Part shown: positions 1-13,174 of the stretch, piece after piece
How positions within the stretch are numbered: the first letter of the stretch is position 1
How the letters are laid out: each line of letters begins with the position of its first letter
Source of the DNA: Vicugna vicugna
Taxonomy: Eukaryota
Direction: 5' to 3'
Assembly: GCA_013265495.1 (NCBI GenBank)
Contig: MU058687.1
Span: forward strand, 4,338,093 to 4,402,092
DNA: 64,000 nucleotides
The notes under the pieces: model-generated
What the model saw: only the letters and a program-made list of their open reading frames with translations
Databases searched by the model: none
Told to the model about the DNA's origin: nothing
Translations under genes and position numbers: made by a program

Positions 1-149
1 GAGACTGCTGCCACTTTCTGACAGCCTCAAGAGTTTGGTCACTATTTGCTAATTTACAACCGTAGCCCCTTCGTCCGCCCTCAGTGCTGAGAGCAGCCGA
101 CTCCCCTGTCCTCTCTGGACTTCACAGAGTTCAGGCGGCTAGAAGTTAA

Positions 150-345
150 TGGGAAGAGCTCTACACGTGGGGTCAGGAAGCCTGGATCCTTGATTTAATG
201 TCACACTCTAATAGCTTCGTGACCTTGGGAAATTCACCCGAGCTCTCTGGATCTCATCGTAGCCAGCTGGTATAACGCACCTCACAGGGTGGCTGGTTGT
301 CACGTTTAAGTAACTAGGGAGGAAATGATCAAGTGTGACATGTTC
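150..345 (+). mobile_element. MIR SINE fragment
   Basis: ggggtcaggaagcctggatcc...tagcttcgtgaccttgggaaattcac...ctctctggatctca resembles the MIR core. Confidence 0.65.
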
Positions 346-347
346 CA

Positions 348-810
348 TCGTAGTCTGCGGTCCCTTGAGAGCAGAGTCCGAGACGAGGACTCGGGTCAGG
401 TAGTTTATTTAGGAGGGACCCCAAAAGTGGGAATTAAGGGGCAGAGAGAATGAACCTGAAGGAAGAAACATCAATGTGAGTGTCCGCTGTCAAGGTTTCT
501 GCTGTGAGCTGTGTGGAAGTGGGGCAGGTTCAGGCTGTTGTGATGAGTACCTCTAAGAATTATCTGTCCCAGAGACAGGAGGCTGGGAAACTTATCCATC
601 AGCTTCAGCCCTCCCACTGTTTGTCAGCCCCCCTCCCCCACTTGGTTGTCTTGGGTGCAGGCAAGGACGTCCCTGCTGACTTTGGAGAAGGCCCAAGAGC
701 TGGCCCTGCGTTGGGTGGGGACTGTCAGACGGTGTGAGGCGGTGTGCAGCAGTGCCTGCTGTGGCTGAAATCTGAGGTTGGCTGAGGGGACGATACCAAA
801 GTGCCTCCTG
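348..810 (-). mobile_element. Old ERVL-class solo LTR (LTR16/LTR33-like)
   Basis: gagcagagtccgagacgaggactcgggtcaggtagtttatttaggagggacccc resembles the reversed U5/polyA end of these LTRs. Confidence 0.5.
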
Positions 811-1099
811 CTGGTGCACAAAAGTATGATGGCATATTTACCCTTCATTTATATTTCCAGTATAAACTTTTAACTTCTTTTGGCTTCATTAGTAGATCCT
901 ATATGCTAAGACTAGACCCTGGTCTTAGAAATAAATTTGAAAAAGCCAAGTGCAATCAGGTCCTACTTTTCATTAACTCCCCAAATTAGATTTTCTGTTT
1001 CATATTTAGCTGTGTTCTCTCATTTCCCCATATCCTTTACCAGCCTTACCTCTGTCCTCCTCAGATTGCTAGACTGGGACACCCCGGCAGTGTATCCAT

Positions 1100-1290
1100 G
1101 ATGGAATGGTGAGAACAACTGAGGCTCAGTGGAGCAGACAGACCGACTGGGGGTTGAGTCCCATCACTGTGGCTTTGACCTTGTGGCGCTTTGCTCTGTC
1201 TCTTTATTTGTAAAGTTGGGTAAATTGTGTCAGCTTCATGTTACAAACCTAAATAAGATCACGTATACAGTGTAATTGGTTCCTCCTTCA
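1100..1290 (+). mobile_element. MIR SINE fragment
   Basis: gggttgagtcccatcact...tctttatttgtaaagttggg...taaataagatcacgtatacagtg. Confidence 0.55.
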
Positions 1291-1679
1291 TCCTCATATC
1301 TGTTTCCCAGAAGGCTACATTTTCTTTTGGTTGGGAAGAAATATATTTAAAAGGAAAACTAGTGTCTTTTGTTTATGTCTGCTGCCTGGTGTCTTTTAGC
1401 TTCAAATTTGTCTAATTCACTCAACTGCCAAAATGCAATGTGCGAGTCTCTTCTGCTCCCCTTCTTTTCTTCCTCTACCTTCAGTAAATCTACTGTGTCT
1501 TTTACTTGTTCATCCAATTCTGTGCATTCACTTCTTAATTCAATTACATAGATTATTACTATACTGAATACCTTCCCAAATTGGTCCAATTCATCCTACT
1601 GCTAACATACAATTTGCATCTCTCTTCTTCTCCCCTTCCATTTCTTATCCAGCCCTCAACCTATCTACTAATTTGTTAT

Positions 1680-1960
1680 TTAATTCATTCAATTCTACTT
1701 ACTCACTAGTTTTTTTTCCTAGTGTGCCATGCACCTTCTTGGTGTAAGGTCTTCCGCTTAGTTGTTGGGGATTACAAAGGTAGCATGCTCTTCCTCAAAG
1801 GGCATAGAAGTGGAGGCACTGAATATAAAAAAAAAAAAACAAAAACCCTGCAATACAAGGAACAGAGTGATGATTTACAAAATAAAAGTATTGATGAATT
1901 ACAAGAAGGTGTACACTTCCAGCTGGAAGGGCCAGAGTGGGCTGAGTGGGACTGGGTGAA
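1680..1960 (-). mobile_element. L2 LINE 3' end fragment
   Basis: attcattcaa...ctagtgtgccatgcacc...gttggggattacaaagg is the reversed L2 tail pattern. Confidence 0.55.
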
Positions 1961-2817
1961 GGTGGGGGAGCGATGAACGTCCACGAAAGGAGACTAAGGG
2001 AAGATGACTTATGCCTTCCTGAATTCCTATTTCAAGCAAAATAATAATTATCAGGAGTAATTCATTAGACCTTTCAATTCATAATTGGACAGTTTAGAAT
2101 TATGCTTTTTAGGACAAAAGGGTCAGTTCACAAGGAAACAGACTTAAATTGGATATTTATCAGGAGGAGGTTAGGGAATTAGGTCCTAGTGCATATCCTG
2201 GTTAAAATCTCTTTAGCTCAATCTCTGTCAGCTTCAAAATCTGTGTCTTTAGTACTAAGCAGTTAAGCTCACATAATCAGAAAGACTCTAAGGTGACCAT
2301 GTTACATCATCAGAGGAGGCCTTTGTATTAATTATATCACAACAATGGTAGGAAAAGAACCAGTGTATTTTAGAAAGTTAAAAAAAAAGCAGAATCAATA
2401 TCTACAAAAGCATGTTTCTGCCTATCCCTGAGGAAATTGCTCTCATCTCTTGAAAAGTGGCTTCATGGAGAGCGATTATCACAAGAAATCCTGAAACTGT
2501 TCTCAGCTCTCCCCTCCTGAGCCATGCTGCAAATTTATGACTGATGGTCGAGACTTGGCAGTAAATTGTGGGCAAGACTTTTTTCTCATCTTTGGTGGAG
2601 TCATTTGTTCTTTTGGAGATATATCTGCTCTGGATTCATTCCATTTCAAAATTGAAATGCTCCATTCTCCCAGACGAGATGAGCGGGGTCATTTCACACT
2701 GTGATCCCAGTCTAGAGATCATATTGAATGGGCTGCCAGTATTTGCTTTGCAATGTTAGGGCCACTGGTTGTGCAGGTCCTACGGCATGGGCTAGAGGGC
2801 ATAAAGAAACCATGCTG

Positions 2818-2868
2818 GAAAAAAAGAGAAAGGGAGGGAGGGAGAGGGAGGAGACAGAGAAAGAAAGA
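2818..2868 (+). repeat. Purine-rich tract with (GGGA)n, canonical G-quadruplex motif at 2832-2848
   Basis: GGGAGGGAGGGAGAGGG read directly. Confidence 0.7.
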
Positions 2869-3109
2869 CGATAAGAATCCAGCAGCCTTGCGTCATTCGT
2901 AGGCAGAGGTGGCCCAAGGTGCAGATTAACACTGTACTAAGAAAAGCATGTGAGCTGTGAACTTGGATTCACACTTCTCAGCTGTAGCAAGCTGCCAGGA
3001 GATGGTGCCAAGTGAGACTGACGCTAGGTGGGAAAGATGCAAATAACAGAAGCGAGCTTCCCTGGCCAATGGGATCAATCATGTCTTACCTTTTTTTGCT
3101 ATTTCTTTC

Positions 3110-4025
3110 TTCTCAGTTGAGGGTGCCTCCATCACCCAGGCTCTCAGACAAGATCTGGGAGTCACTGCTGATTCCTCTGTTTCTCTCTCACTTCCATTTT
3201 GCTTCCCAAGCAGTTTCCAAGTACTGTTGATCCCACCTCTAGAATGCATCCAGGTCTCACCATTTCCGTGTCTACTGCTACCTCCCTGGTCCAAGTCACT
3301 TTCATTTCCTGCCTCTGACAGCTTTCCTGGTACATCTCCTTGTTTCCGTTGTTTGTCTCTTCTGGGCCAGTGCACCCACAGCAATCACAGTGATTTTTAA
3401 GTAAATTGTATCCTGTGATCTCCTTGCTTAAAACTTCCCAGTGGCTTCCAGGTGCATTTAGATCAGATTCTGGGCCTCTTGGTATCTGGCTTCTGCCTGC
3501 ACAGCCACTTCTCTCCTGCCACCCTCTCCCCCTCAGGCACAAGCTCCAGACATAGCGGGCTTCTCTTTGTGTCCCTCAGCAGACTCTTTCTGAGCTTCTG
3601 CTCTGACCGTTTCCATGACTTCGGATATTTGCCTGCTTGGCTCCTTCTCTAATGTACCTCTTCAGGGAAGCCTTTTCTAACTGTCTCACTTAAAAGCTCT
3701 CCATCCGGCCAGGTACAGGCCAGAATAGAGGCCTTTCTGGAGCATTCTACGAAGTCGCCAATCCTCTGTTTCCACTCCCCACCCCGGTTACTTCCCATCA
3801 TGTCACCCTGTTTTATCTTCTTCATAGAACTCCACCCTGTCTGAACTGACCTCACGTCCTTTGGTTTATGTTTCATCCTTCACCGTCCCCCACCCCAGAG
3901 TAGACTGTGAGCCCTGTAAAGGGGGAGGATCTTATCTGTCTTGTTTACCTCTTCTCTCTCCACACCTAGAAAGGTGCCTGCGCCCAAGCCAGTGCTCCTT
4001 TAACCCTCGTTAAGTATGTGAATAG
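3110..4025 (+). mobile_element. L2 LINE (L2a-like) 3' portion, about 0.9 kb
   Basis: ctgggagtcactgctgattcctc...ccttgcttaaaacttcccagtggcttcc...tagactgtgagccc...cacctagaaaggtgcctg...gtgaat. Confidence 0.85.
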
Positions 4026-4189
4026 ACTGTGTGGTATGTGGCCAGGGGTTAGTGAGAGGCTCTGTTACTAACAGAGGAAACGCAGAATAGAGGATGAGCC
4101 ACAGGGAAAGGGATGAACAGCCCAGAGATGAACAGGTTGCATGTGGCGGGCCTGATGGCACGTGGACTTATTCAAGCCCAGTCAATGTC

Positions 4190-4445
4190 AGTGGCGTCTT
4201 CAGTGGGCTTTAACTAGAAGCAGGTCTCCAGGAGGGAGCATGGGCTCAAGTTCAAGGACTGGGGCACTTGTCTTTCTCCCGTGCTGCCTTGGGAGACTTC
4301 TTAATGCAAGGCTTCCACACAGCCTCCTATGCTGTTCACATCTATTGTGGGAAGTATGACAGCTCTTCCCGAGCCCCGAGGGCTCCAGTGAGAGTGCAGT
4401 GATCTGTTTGAAATGCTTCACCCAACTGGCTCTAATAAGTAAATG
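4190..4445 (+). mobile_element. MIR SINE
   Basis: tgggctcaagttcaagg...gccttgggagacttcttaa...ttcacatctattgtgggaag. Confidence 0.5.
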
Positions 4446-7400
4446 TGATTTAAATTTTTCTCAAAGAAAAACAAAAATAAGAGTATCAAAACAAAACACC
4501 TCTCACTCTGTGTTGGGTTGTCAGCCCAAAGAAAGTAAGCAGAACCTGGAATTTTGAGGGGACAAATAAGATGCTTCTTTCCTGTTTCCCTGTCACCTTC
4601 CTTATTTTATACTTTGGTCCGTTTCCTCCTCACCCTTGCTTTTACTTCCCTCATCTCTTCTCTCTGGAGAGGAAGATTGATAAACTAGATGGTGCAGTAG
4701 GTTCGTAAAATGTCTGTCACAGCTCAGCTAGCCTAACCTAAGGCGCTGGTGGAAATAAGGTAAGTTTTCTCTTTTTAAATATTTTTGATGTTCTTCAAAC
4801 CTAATACTGTCCATCATTTTCCATACTTATTTGCCATATCATCCAGATACATAATCACATGCGTTTCACTAGACTTTTCTAAAGGACTGAATTTCATACT
4901 TTTTATGCATCATAGGAATTTTGATTCATGTGAAACATACTTCCAAGGGAAATCAAGTGATCGTTTCTTTCCCCTTCTTGCACTAATAGAAAGATGTTTG
5001 GTGATTATGGTGCAGGAATTTGGCCCCACACTCCTTAGTCCCTGCCCTCCCACCCCAAGCAAAAAAAAAAAAATTTCTTAATGTTATCCACCTGCTTTTG
5101 GAAACAGCAGTTTGTGACACATGGAAGGAATTTCTACTCCCTGCATATGAGCAAAACCACCTGGTTTAGTTGGTTTGGGCAGATCTTAGAAATATATTGA
5201 TTGACAAATTATTGAAATATAAGATATTTGGATATTGTGTAGTTTTGTTGGTTATATTGCTCCTGGGGGGAATAAAAAACTCATGTAATGTGAACCGTCT
5301 ATTAAAAAAGACAACTAAATAGATTCAAAATAATTAAAATCCAAAGTCTGCCTTGTGAAGATGTGTGCCTTTGGTAATGCTCAAATAGAGATTTTTCCCA
5401 CACACTTCCATTCCCTGCTTGCCAAAAGAGGAACAGTCTGCTAATATCTGTGTCATCTGCCTTCAAGCAATCAGCAATGATTTCTCTCTCAACGGGTACT
5501 TTTCTCCTAATTTTTCATTTTGATTTTGTGCTTAGTTCTGGCTTCCATGGGGTTACTGTAGGATAGGTCAAGGAAGCAGTCTAGTCTGAGTCCTTCATCC
5601 ACGATTCTCATTCTCTGTCCCCCATTCGTCAGAGACTCTCCTGTGAGACAGGCCTTAACTAAAAGAGATGATGCTGCATGAGTTTGCAGTGAGGCTACAG
5701 TTGAGTGGGCATTTGTGTGGTGTTACCCAGAGGATTCATTAAAGACTCTGTTGTATAGTAATCAATGAGTCAATGCTCCACTTACATAGACTTCTGCATC
5801 CCAGAAATCTTCACCTGCAATTTCTCTTCTTTACTCCAGTCATGGGTGTCATGACCTAGGAAACCAACTATGGGGTGTCAGACAACTTACTTGTTTTCCG
5901 GATTTAGATCAAACGATGATCTAAGCAGCTTATAGGGAATCAAAGGGCTGTTCTGTGATCAATATTTATTACTTAAACTACAAAAGAAGGAAACATGCGT
6001 CTAATACATGCATCCAGTAGGCGCCCACTTGCATATTACACTTCTAGCTGCTAAAAAAGAAAAAGGACAATGCTGGAAAATTGATAGCTTTGGTATATTT
6101 TTTAAATTTCTCACCAGTTCCATTTTAAACTCCAACTTAAACAGAATTATTTTCTTCTTCTTATAGGGACCGTCCTTTACTTCACAGCAAAGAAATCTTT
6201 GTGTTCATTGTTTTACCATGCTGCTTTGCTGGCTTTGTGCTTGAATCTGCCAGAGAAATTGTTCTAGGCTACATCCCTTTATTTCTAAAAGCTGTCAGTT
6301 TGTTTGTTTCAACATTCAACTAGTCTGCATCGTGCATCACTTATCAGTCCATTTTTATGCTTAGGCTACAAATTAAATTTGCTCTTCCCCTCTATTTGAG
6401 TGCATTTCCATATGAATTTAAACATCACTTTTCTTCCAGTGGGACACATTGACCTTTTGGCTTGATTGAAGAGAAATGCCATTGATTCTCCACTTTTGGA
6501 GGCTGAGAGTTTTTCAAAAGCTCACTGAAATTTCTCTATCTTTTGCTTGAAAGTAGACACTAAATAGTACTCATTTCCCTGCCATTTTAAGGAAATGAGT
6601 GTGAATCTTTCTACTCTTAGAGTAATGAGAATTATTGGGGTTGGAGTTATTAAACATAACCCAGCAGGAGGGCATGAGAGGTTTCAGGTCCCCCCCCCCC
6701 CATTTTTGGTCATAGGCCATCACATCCCAAAGTTTTAGAGTCAAAATTTGAATTTGACCATAGTGGACATTTCAAGGACTCCAGAAATACCTGCAACATA
6801 CCAGCAGCATTTAAGACATTCTGGGCTGAGGCAAAGCTTGGTTAACATCTCTGTGGCTAATACAGCATTCGTGTAGCAAAGTCCTAAAACTGACTTTGTG
6901 TTAGTGTTTCTCCCTCTTCTCTTGTCCCCAGTCCTAGACATTAAGTGATGTGCAAAAGTTTTCTAAAAAACAGATGCCACTTAAGGAGCTCTTTACATTA
7001 TCTGTATTTGTAGCAATTCTGCCTCTAAAGCCAGTATTTTCCACATCTCTCTTTACGTTCTTTCTTATCGAAGCATTTGCATGTAGAATAAAGAGGATAA
7101 AAACATAAAAAAACAAAGGCAGATTTGTTTCTTCTGAGAGCATCTGTCCTTGCTTTAAAGGACCTGCATTTTCTCCCGGTGCTCACACAGTTTGCTGTTG
7201 CGAAGGAGACAGTTGTATCAATCTGAAATTAAACCTGAATTAAATAAGAAAATAAACAGTGCTGTCCAATCAGCCGAAATGTAGGGAAAAGTCTGCCATA
7301 ATGCGTACATTTTAAACATTAGAGACAGGCATACTCGCAAAGAGAGGCTGAGATTGAATATTAAATAATTTGTTACAGAATTCTTTTTTTTCTCTTAAGA

Positions 7401-9068
7401 TTCATTGGTCTCATGGCATCATTACTCAACTCTGGGTGTTTTTGGTCCATTCTAACTTTCTTCACTGATCTCTCAGGATTTCTATAAGTTTGGATTGCAG
7501 TTGGGGTATAAGTACATTCTAAAAAATACTAAACACAAATGACCTGCTGAATACCTTGTGATTAAAATAAACCTTTCCACTTTGAAAGCCTGTTTATTTT
7601 CCAAGGAGGAAATCTCCCCAAACTTCAGCTACTGTCAGAACCCTTATAACCAGCACTGAATAGGAGCACTAATTACTCAAAATTAAAGGGCACAGTTTAA
7701 AACTACCCAGCTCAACAGATCTCTATCCAAGTGATGCTCTTTTTTCCTCTTCTCCCCTAAATAGTATGTAATTCGGTCTTGGAGGTAAAGGAGAGGGGAG
7801 AGTGGCTAATAAAAGGTATATAATAAAAATTTCAAAATTACTTGAAGATGTATTATTTCCTTTATCTGATGGTTTCCAGTGATCTAGGTAGACATCAGTT
7901 ATTCAGTAAACACTCATTAAAGCAGCTGCTATGTACCTGGCCCTGTATTCCTCTATGTTGGAGCCAAGTGTACAGTCTTCTGAAATATTACAGATGCATA
8001 ACATCCATAGAGATGCGTTGCCCAGTTACATATTTCATCTGTTTTTTGTTTTTGCAAATTATTTCCAAAACTAAGGCTTTCCATATATTGATGGACTAAT
8101 CCAGGAAGATTTAAGGGGCATCCTCCTGCATGGGATCGGCTGTCCCTGTAGAGAGAGCAAACTTGGCCTAAGTTTTCTGGTTCTTTGCAGCCTTTGTCTT
8201 TAAACTTACATCTCAGTTCAACGGCAAGTGAAACGTAACACCCCCTCCACCCCATCGCTAACTGAGTGGTTTTAATGCCTTGGTGTTTATCTTGCCAGCT
8301 TTTGCCCCTAAATGCTGTCATTCCTTATTGCATCTGAGTCTTCCTAGGGTTCACTTGAACATCTTGAACATTATCTCAAGTATCTTGATTATGGATCTTT
8401 GGAGACAACTTGATTGATTCCTTTCTTAGTGGCACGTTTCACTGAATATAAGCCTGGGGCCCGTCACATTCCCTTCAGGAGCATTATTTCTAGTGGGGTT
8501 TAAACCGGAACACTTATGATTGTTGTGACAGTTACCGTTGTGATTTCTGTGGTCACTGCATTCTGATAAGACCACGGGTTAATGGAAATGTCAAGTTCAA
8601 AGCACATATCGCAGAACTCTTTTTTCCATCCAATTGGTGGATACTCTTCAAAAGCCAGACTGGTGTAATATGCCTACCTGACCAAACGATTCTGAAGAAA
8701 TGGCTGACGAATTTCCTGTATCTTCAAGAAATTCGTCTGAAGTCTAAGATTTGGGGAAACAAAATGATAGCTGACTACTATTTCCTGTAAATGTTCACTT
8801 ATTGCCATTGGCATTTTAAATGTCTTGTATCTATAGTTAAAGGAGGGCACTTATTTGTTATTGTCCATTACGTTTCAATTGAGATTTCGCATTTGGGGAC
8901 TTCTGGGAGGACCCTGTTGGGCCCGTGTAACTCAGATGGACTTGGGAGGGATATGATTCCCTGAGTGCTACTGGGTCATGTGCACCAGTGTGGCTTTGGC
9001 AACTCTGATTTGCCATGAGTGTGACTTTTAGCATTGATTCTAACTTTGACACTTACCACCGCCCGTAG

Positions 9069-9188
9069 GCAAAGGACCAGAGACCCTGTATGCAGGGCAG
9101 AAGCTCAATGACAACGAATGGCACACCGTTCGGGTGGTGCGGCGAGGAAAGAGTCTTAAGTTGACCGTGGACGATGACGTGGCTGAGG
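9069..9188 (+). CDS. NRXN3: Neurexin-3 alpha coding exon (120 nt, phase 1-1), LNS4 region just downstream of splice site 3
   Basis: ccgtAG acceptor at 9067-9068 and G/GTGAGT donor at 9189. Translates (x)[39 protein letters not shown](G), recognised as NRXN3. Branch-like TTCTAAC at 9038-9044. Confidence 0.97.
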
Positions 9189-9649
9189 GTGAGTACAGCC
9201 ATAGTGAAATCTGTCTCTCTTTGCTCTCATCCTCCTCTTGGTCATTCAGGGAAGAAAGGCTTCCCCCCCCCCCAAAACCTTTTATTTTGCTAAACAGAAG
9301 TCACATGTCTTGCTCTCTGTTGACAAGCTCAGGTAGGCTAAGAAGATCTTCCTCTGTGTTTTCATAATCCCTTGTCATTGATCTGCATTGTAGAACGTAT
9401 CCACTACTGTGATTACATACATCCGTAGGCAAAAGTGTATGTGTCTGGAGAACAGATGTAGAGGTCTACAGATCCTTCTGTTATTCAGTTATTCGAACCC
9501 TATTTGCCAGTCATCGTCCTATGTGCCGGTTCCTTCCCTTAATGAATGAGTCACTCTGCAGGAGAGGGAGATGGAGAAGCCAGAAATCCGGAACATTATG
9601 GTACAGTTAAGTACCTAGAGCTGTGTATGATACTTAAAAGGTGCTGAAT

Positions 9650-10150
9650 AATTATTCATTTATTTAATAACTTAATCATTATTGATTAAGTTACCTACTC
9701 TGTACTAAGCACTGCTTTAGAAGGCACTGGGAATATGGTGATGAACAGGCAAGTCCTTGGTCTGGTGGAATTTGCATTCTAGGAGGGCAAAGAATAAGTG
9801 GATAAATCCATGCATACGAAAAGGAATATTCAGAGCCTCACACGAGGGGTGAGTATCTCGTGACAGCCTGTGGTATGTCAGCCATGTGCTAGGACTGTAG
9901 GAGATACAAAGGAAGCTCACAAGACTACCTGTTTCCTCAAACAGTGAACCAGTTTTGCAGATTAGATAGGACTTGGGTATTTGAAAAATAAAACAGGGAC
10001 TATGTAATGAGATTCTAATTTGGGTGGATAAGATCATAATTGTCAATCAGAAGAGAAAATTACCAATTTGGGCTGGAGAAATCTAGAATGGTTTATAAAG
10101 GGCGATCTTTAGGCAGAAGTTGGTGGGCAGTTTACTAAGGTCTAGGAAGG
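9650..10150 (-). mobile_element. L2 LINE fragments
   Basis: attcatttatttaataac...ttacctactctgtactaagcactgctttagaaggcactgggaata, and a second copy at about 9870. Confidence 0.7.
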
Positions 10151-10759
10151 AAGAGCGGGGACATCTTCAAGTGCATCTTCCACACTGCACTCTGTAAGTG
10201 TATACTCTCCAATGTACACTTCTAGAGCAGTGCTTGTGTGTTACACAGACTTCTTGTCCATGTGGGAAAGGAAGCCTCGGGGCAGCACAGGTATTACATG
10301 GGACACTGCTGGCATCAGGAGACCTGGGCCTGGATGCTAATTCTCTGCAGGATGTTGGGAAAGTCACTTACTTTTCTGGACCTATCAAATGAATTCAGGG
10401 GCCTAAGCCATAGCAACAGTGTCTCCCATCGGTAAGACACTCAGATTACAGTCAGAGGCCCTGGGGTTTAGTACAGTCATTGTCACTGAAATGCTTTATA
10501 CCTTTGGGATAAATATACTAAACCCCATTTTCCTCATTTCCTTGTTTTTAAATTTGAATTTCTATTACTGCTGAAGTATTTTTAGCATAAACTTTCTGCA
10601 ATCTTGGGTTCTGTACTTTAATTTTACAATCATGAGCCTGAGCTTCTATGCTTCTGGAGTAAGGAATTATAGTGAGCCATGTATGTGTGTGCAGACAGGA
10701 GTATGTGTACGTGGAAGTCGTGGAGGAGAGTCTGTGGTCAGAGGGAGATGATTTCACTT

Positions 10760-10960
10760 ACATCCAGCACCCAGCTGCCGTTAGATCCTGGGTTAGCTGT
10801 TTTACACATACCACCTCCTTTAATCTTCCATCGTGTACCCTTGCCTTGCAAATTAAGTGTTCCTATTACCATTTTACGTCGAGGGAACGTGAACTTACAG
10901 GGAGTTGTGTAATTAAGCTCCAAACTCATGTCTGTGTGGTTTGACCAAACCAAGCTGCTT
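10760..10960 (-). mobile_element. MIR SINE
   Basis: tttacacataccacctcctttaatcttc...attaccattttacgtcgagggaacgtga. Confidence 0.6.
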
Positions 10961-11408
10961 GTTAGACTTCATAATTCATCATAAGAAAATGATATATCTT
11001 ACACTATAGGTAAAATATAATGGAATAGATTGAGGTGAGGAATACATGTCAGTAGGTAGACAACAATACCCATCCTTTCCCCTCCCAAAACGAAGACAAA
11101 CAGAGTTACAACAACTATCCAAAGCCCTCCAACTGTACACAGACATAACTTAGTAGTGGGAGGTAAAGTTGCTGTTCTACGTGCCTGAAGTGTAGATTAG
11201 CTTTGGGTAATGAGTGTAAGCAAAGAGGCATAGAAATGGTTGGAAGCTTTAGAACCCACAGCCAACATGCATTAATTATTTGAGAGCTCCGCATGAAGGG
11301 CTAGTGCAGACAGGAGCCTACAAAGGCAGTAGCAATACATCCCACATCCCTTGCTAACCCCTCTGCGTTTGGCTCAGGAAAGCCAACAGCGATGCTACTC
11401 ACAGCATG

Positions 11409-11427
11409 TAGCCACTAGATGGCAACC
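11409..11427 (+). promoter_or_regulatory. CTCF core motif
   Basis: tagCCACTAGATGGCAacc matches the CCASYAGRKGGCR consensus. Confidence 0.6.
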
Positions 11428-13004
11428 TCACCCCAATCTCGCCCAATAACGAGTTCCTTTTATTTCCGCAGGGAAATTATATGCCCTGAAAGCGATGGTC
11501 ATAAAGAACTGCGGGACTGAGGGTACAGTAATGTGTATTGCCTTCCTCAGTCTTATTCTTTTATAGAAACTTCAGAACAAAAGTAATTATAAAGTGTGCT
11601 TTCTCTTACCACTAATAATTAAAAAGCAGGATTAAACCATGGATGCCCAAGTCATCCATTTGATATTTGAAATTAATGAAGCGCTTTCATTTCCTGCCTT
11701 ACCCCCTACCTTGCTGTTGATGGAAAAAAGCAGTCATAAAGATACAGAAATTTGGTAGAAGAAAAGAGCTGTTTCACTTATGAGCCACGACCTTGGATTG
11801 ATTCTTACAGTGATAAGGGGCTTGGGAATTTTAATTTTAGCTCACAGATGTCATAAAATCAGGCAATGAAACCAAAATACCACACAGTCCTCAGGCTATT
11901 AAATAGTATCTTACTGGCTTATTTTGTAATACCTTTCATGCTGTTAAATGTCCCCTGGGATGTCAAATTTTCAGCTAGTTTGTAGAAGTGCTGCAGAGAG
12001 TAGGTCAGACTCATAAGAAATCAAAAGCAAGAAAAGAAATAGTCCTCAGCCTGGTGGTTTTCATTTATTGTAATATAATCTATTCCTGGAAAAAGATTAA
12101 GTTCAGATGAACGTTAATAAGGATGGGTTGATTAATTGATTGAGCTGGATTTCTGTTATCAAGAATAAATGGAAAGGACACCTCACTTGGGCTGTGCTCC
12201 TCAGCATTGGGACCTAATGCTGCAGGAACCACCCACTCCACGCAGAATTTCTTGCTAGTTCAGAAATTCACCCTTCTTTTGACTCCTCTGAGCCACATTG
12301 ACTTTTCCCTTTCCTTCCCTCACCCTGCACAGCACATACAGCACCGAGAAGTAAAATGTCATTTTCCAAGGAAAGCGTGTTTCTCACATTGGTAAAAAAC
12401 ACGATGAGATTGATTTAGGGAATGTTAGGTTAAACAAAATGAAGTGGCCTTCTTCACTGAAGGACTTATTAGGAGCCTTTAATATATTAATACACATTGC
12501 TCATCTCCAATAATTATGTGTGCAGTGTTTGCCCAATATATTTGGCTCAAGAACTTTTTTTATTATGAAAGTATTTTACAGCATACACTTTTGAAAATGG
12601 GGAAAAGGCTGTGAGTGTGGCTGGAGAATTGTGGGTAAAATGTGCTTTCTTTACCAAGACTTTATGAGCCTTTGTTTTCTTAATTCCTCTCCCCAGCCTA
12701 GGAGCCAGGGGAGGTTAAGTTGCCTCCTCTAAGCCTTTCCCTTGGTTTCTTTGCTAAGCTCTCAGTGTTGGCCGGCTCTCACTGTTGACTGCAAAGCAGT
12801 TGTCTCAGATACAGCCTCTTTCCCCAGATGTGAGGGATGCTTGCTGATCCCAGGCCTCTCTGCCAAACACTGCGGGGCACATGGAAGAGGCAAGAACTGG
12901 TCTCTACTTAGAAAGAACTTGGGTTCTGGTAAGAGAGAAAACAATAACTGAAGGCACCAGGAGATTCTTAACACACTTCAGAGAAAGGGAAAAAATGAAA
13001 GCTG

Positions 13005-13170
13005 CATGTTAGTAATAGTTCCCAGTTTGAGCTCTAGACACCATTCTGAGCACTTAATATGCACTGGTACATTTAATCCTGATACCTTCATCCCAGTTTC
13101 ACAGATGGGAAACTGAGGCACAGAAAAGTTATATAACCTAGGAGGTCCAGCCTCAGAGTCTAGATGCTCT
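13005..13170 (-). mobile_element. MIR SINE
   Basis: cccagtttcacagatgggaaactgaggcacagaaaagttatataacc. Confidence 0.8.
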
Positions 13171-13174
13171 TCGA

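Noticed and set aside
5540..5590. actgtaggatagg, faintly like the SS3 microexon (DCIRINCNS)
   Set aside because: Does not translate to the SS3 peptide and lacks proper splice sites. The SS3 exon must lie upstream of this window.
7258..7278. REST/RE1-like sequence agtgctgtccaatcagccgaa
   Set aside because: Only one half site matches; the GGTGCTGA half has several mismatches.
8706..8737. 10-bp inverted repeat GACGAATTTC / GAAATTCGTC
   Set aside because: About one to two such short-loop stems are expected by chance in 64 kb, and it is too short for a pre-miRNA.
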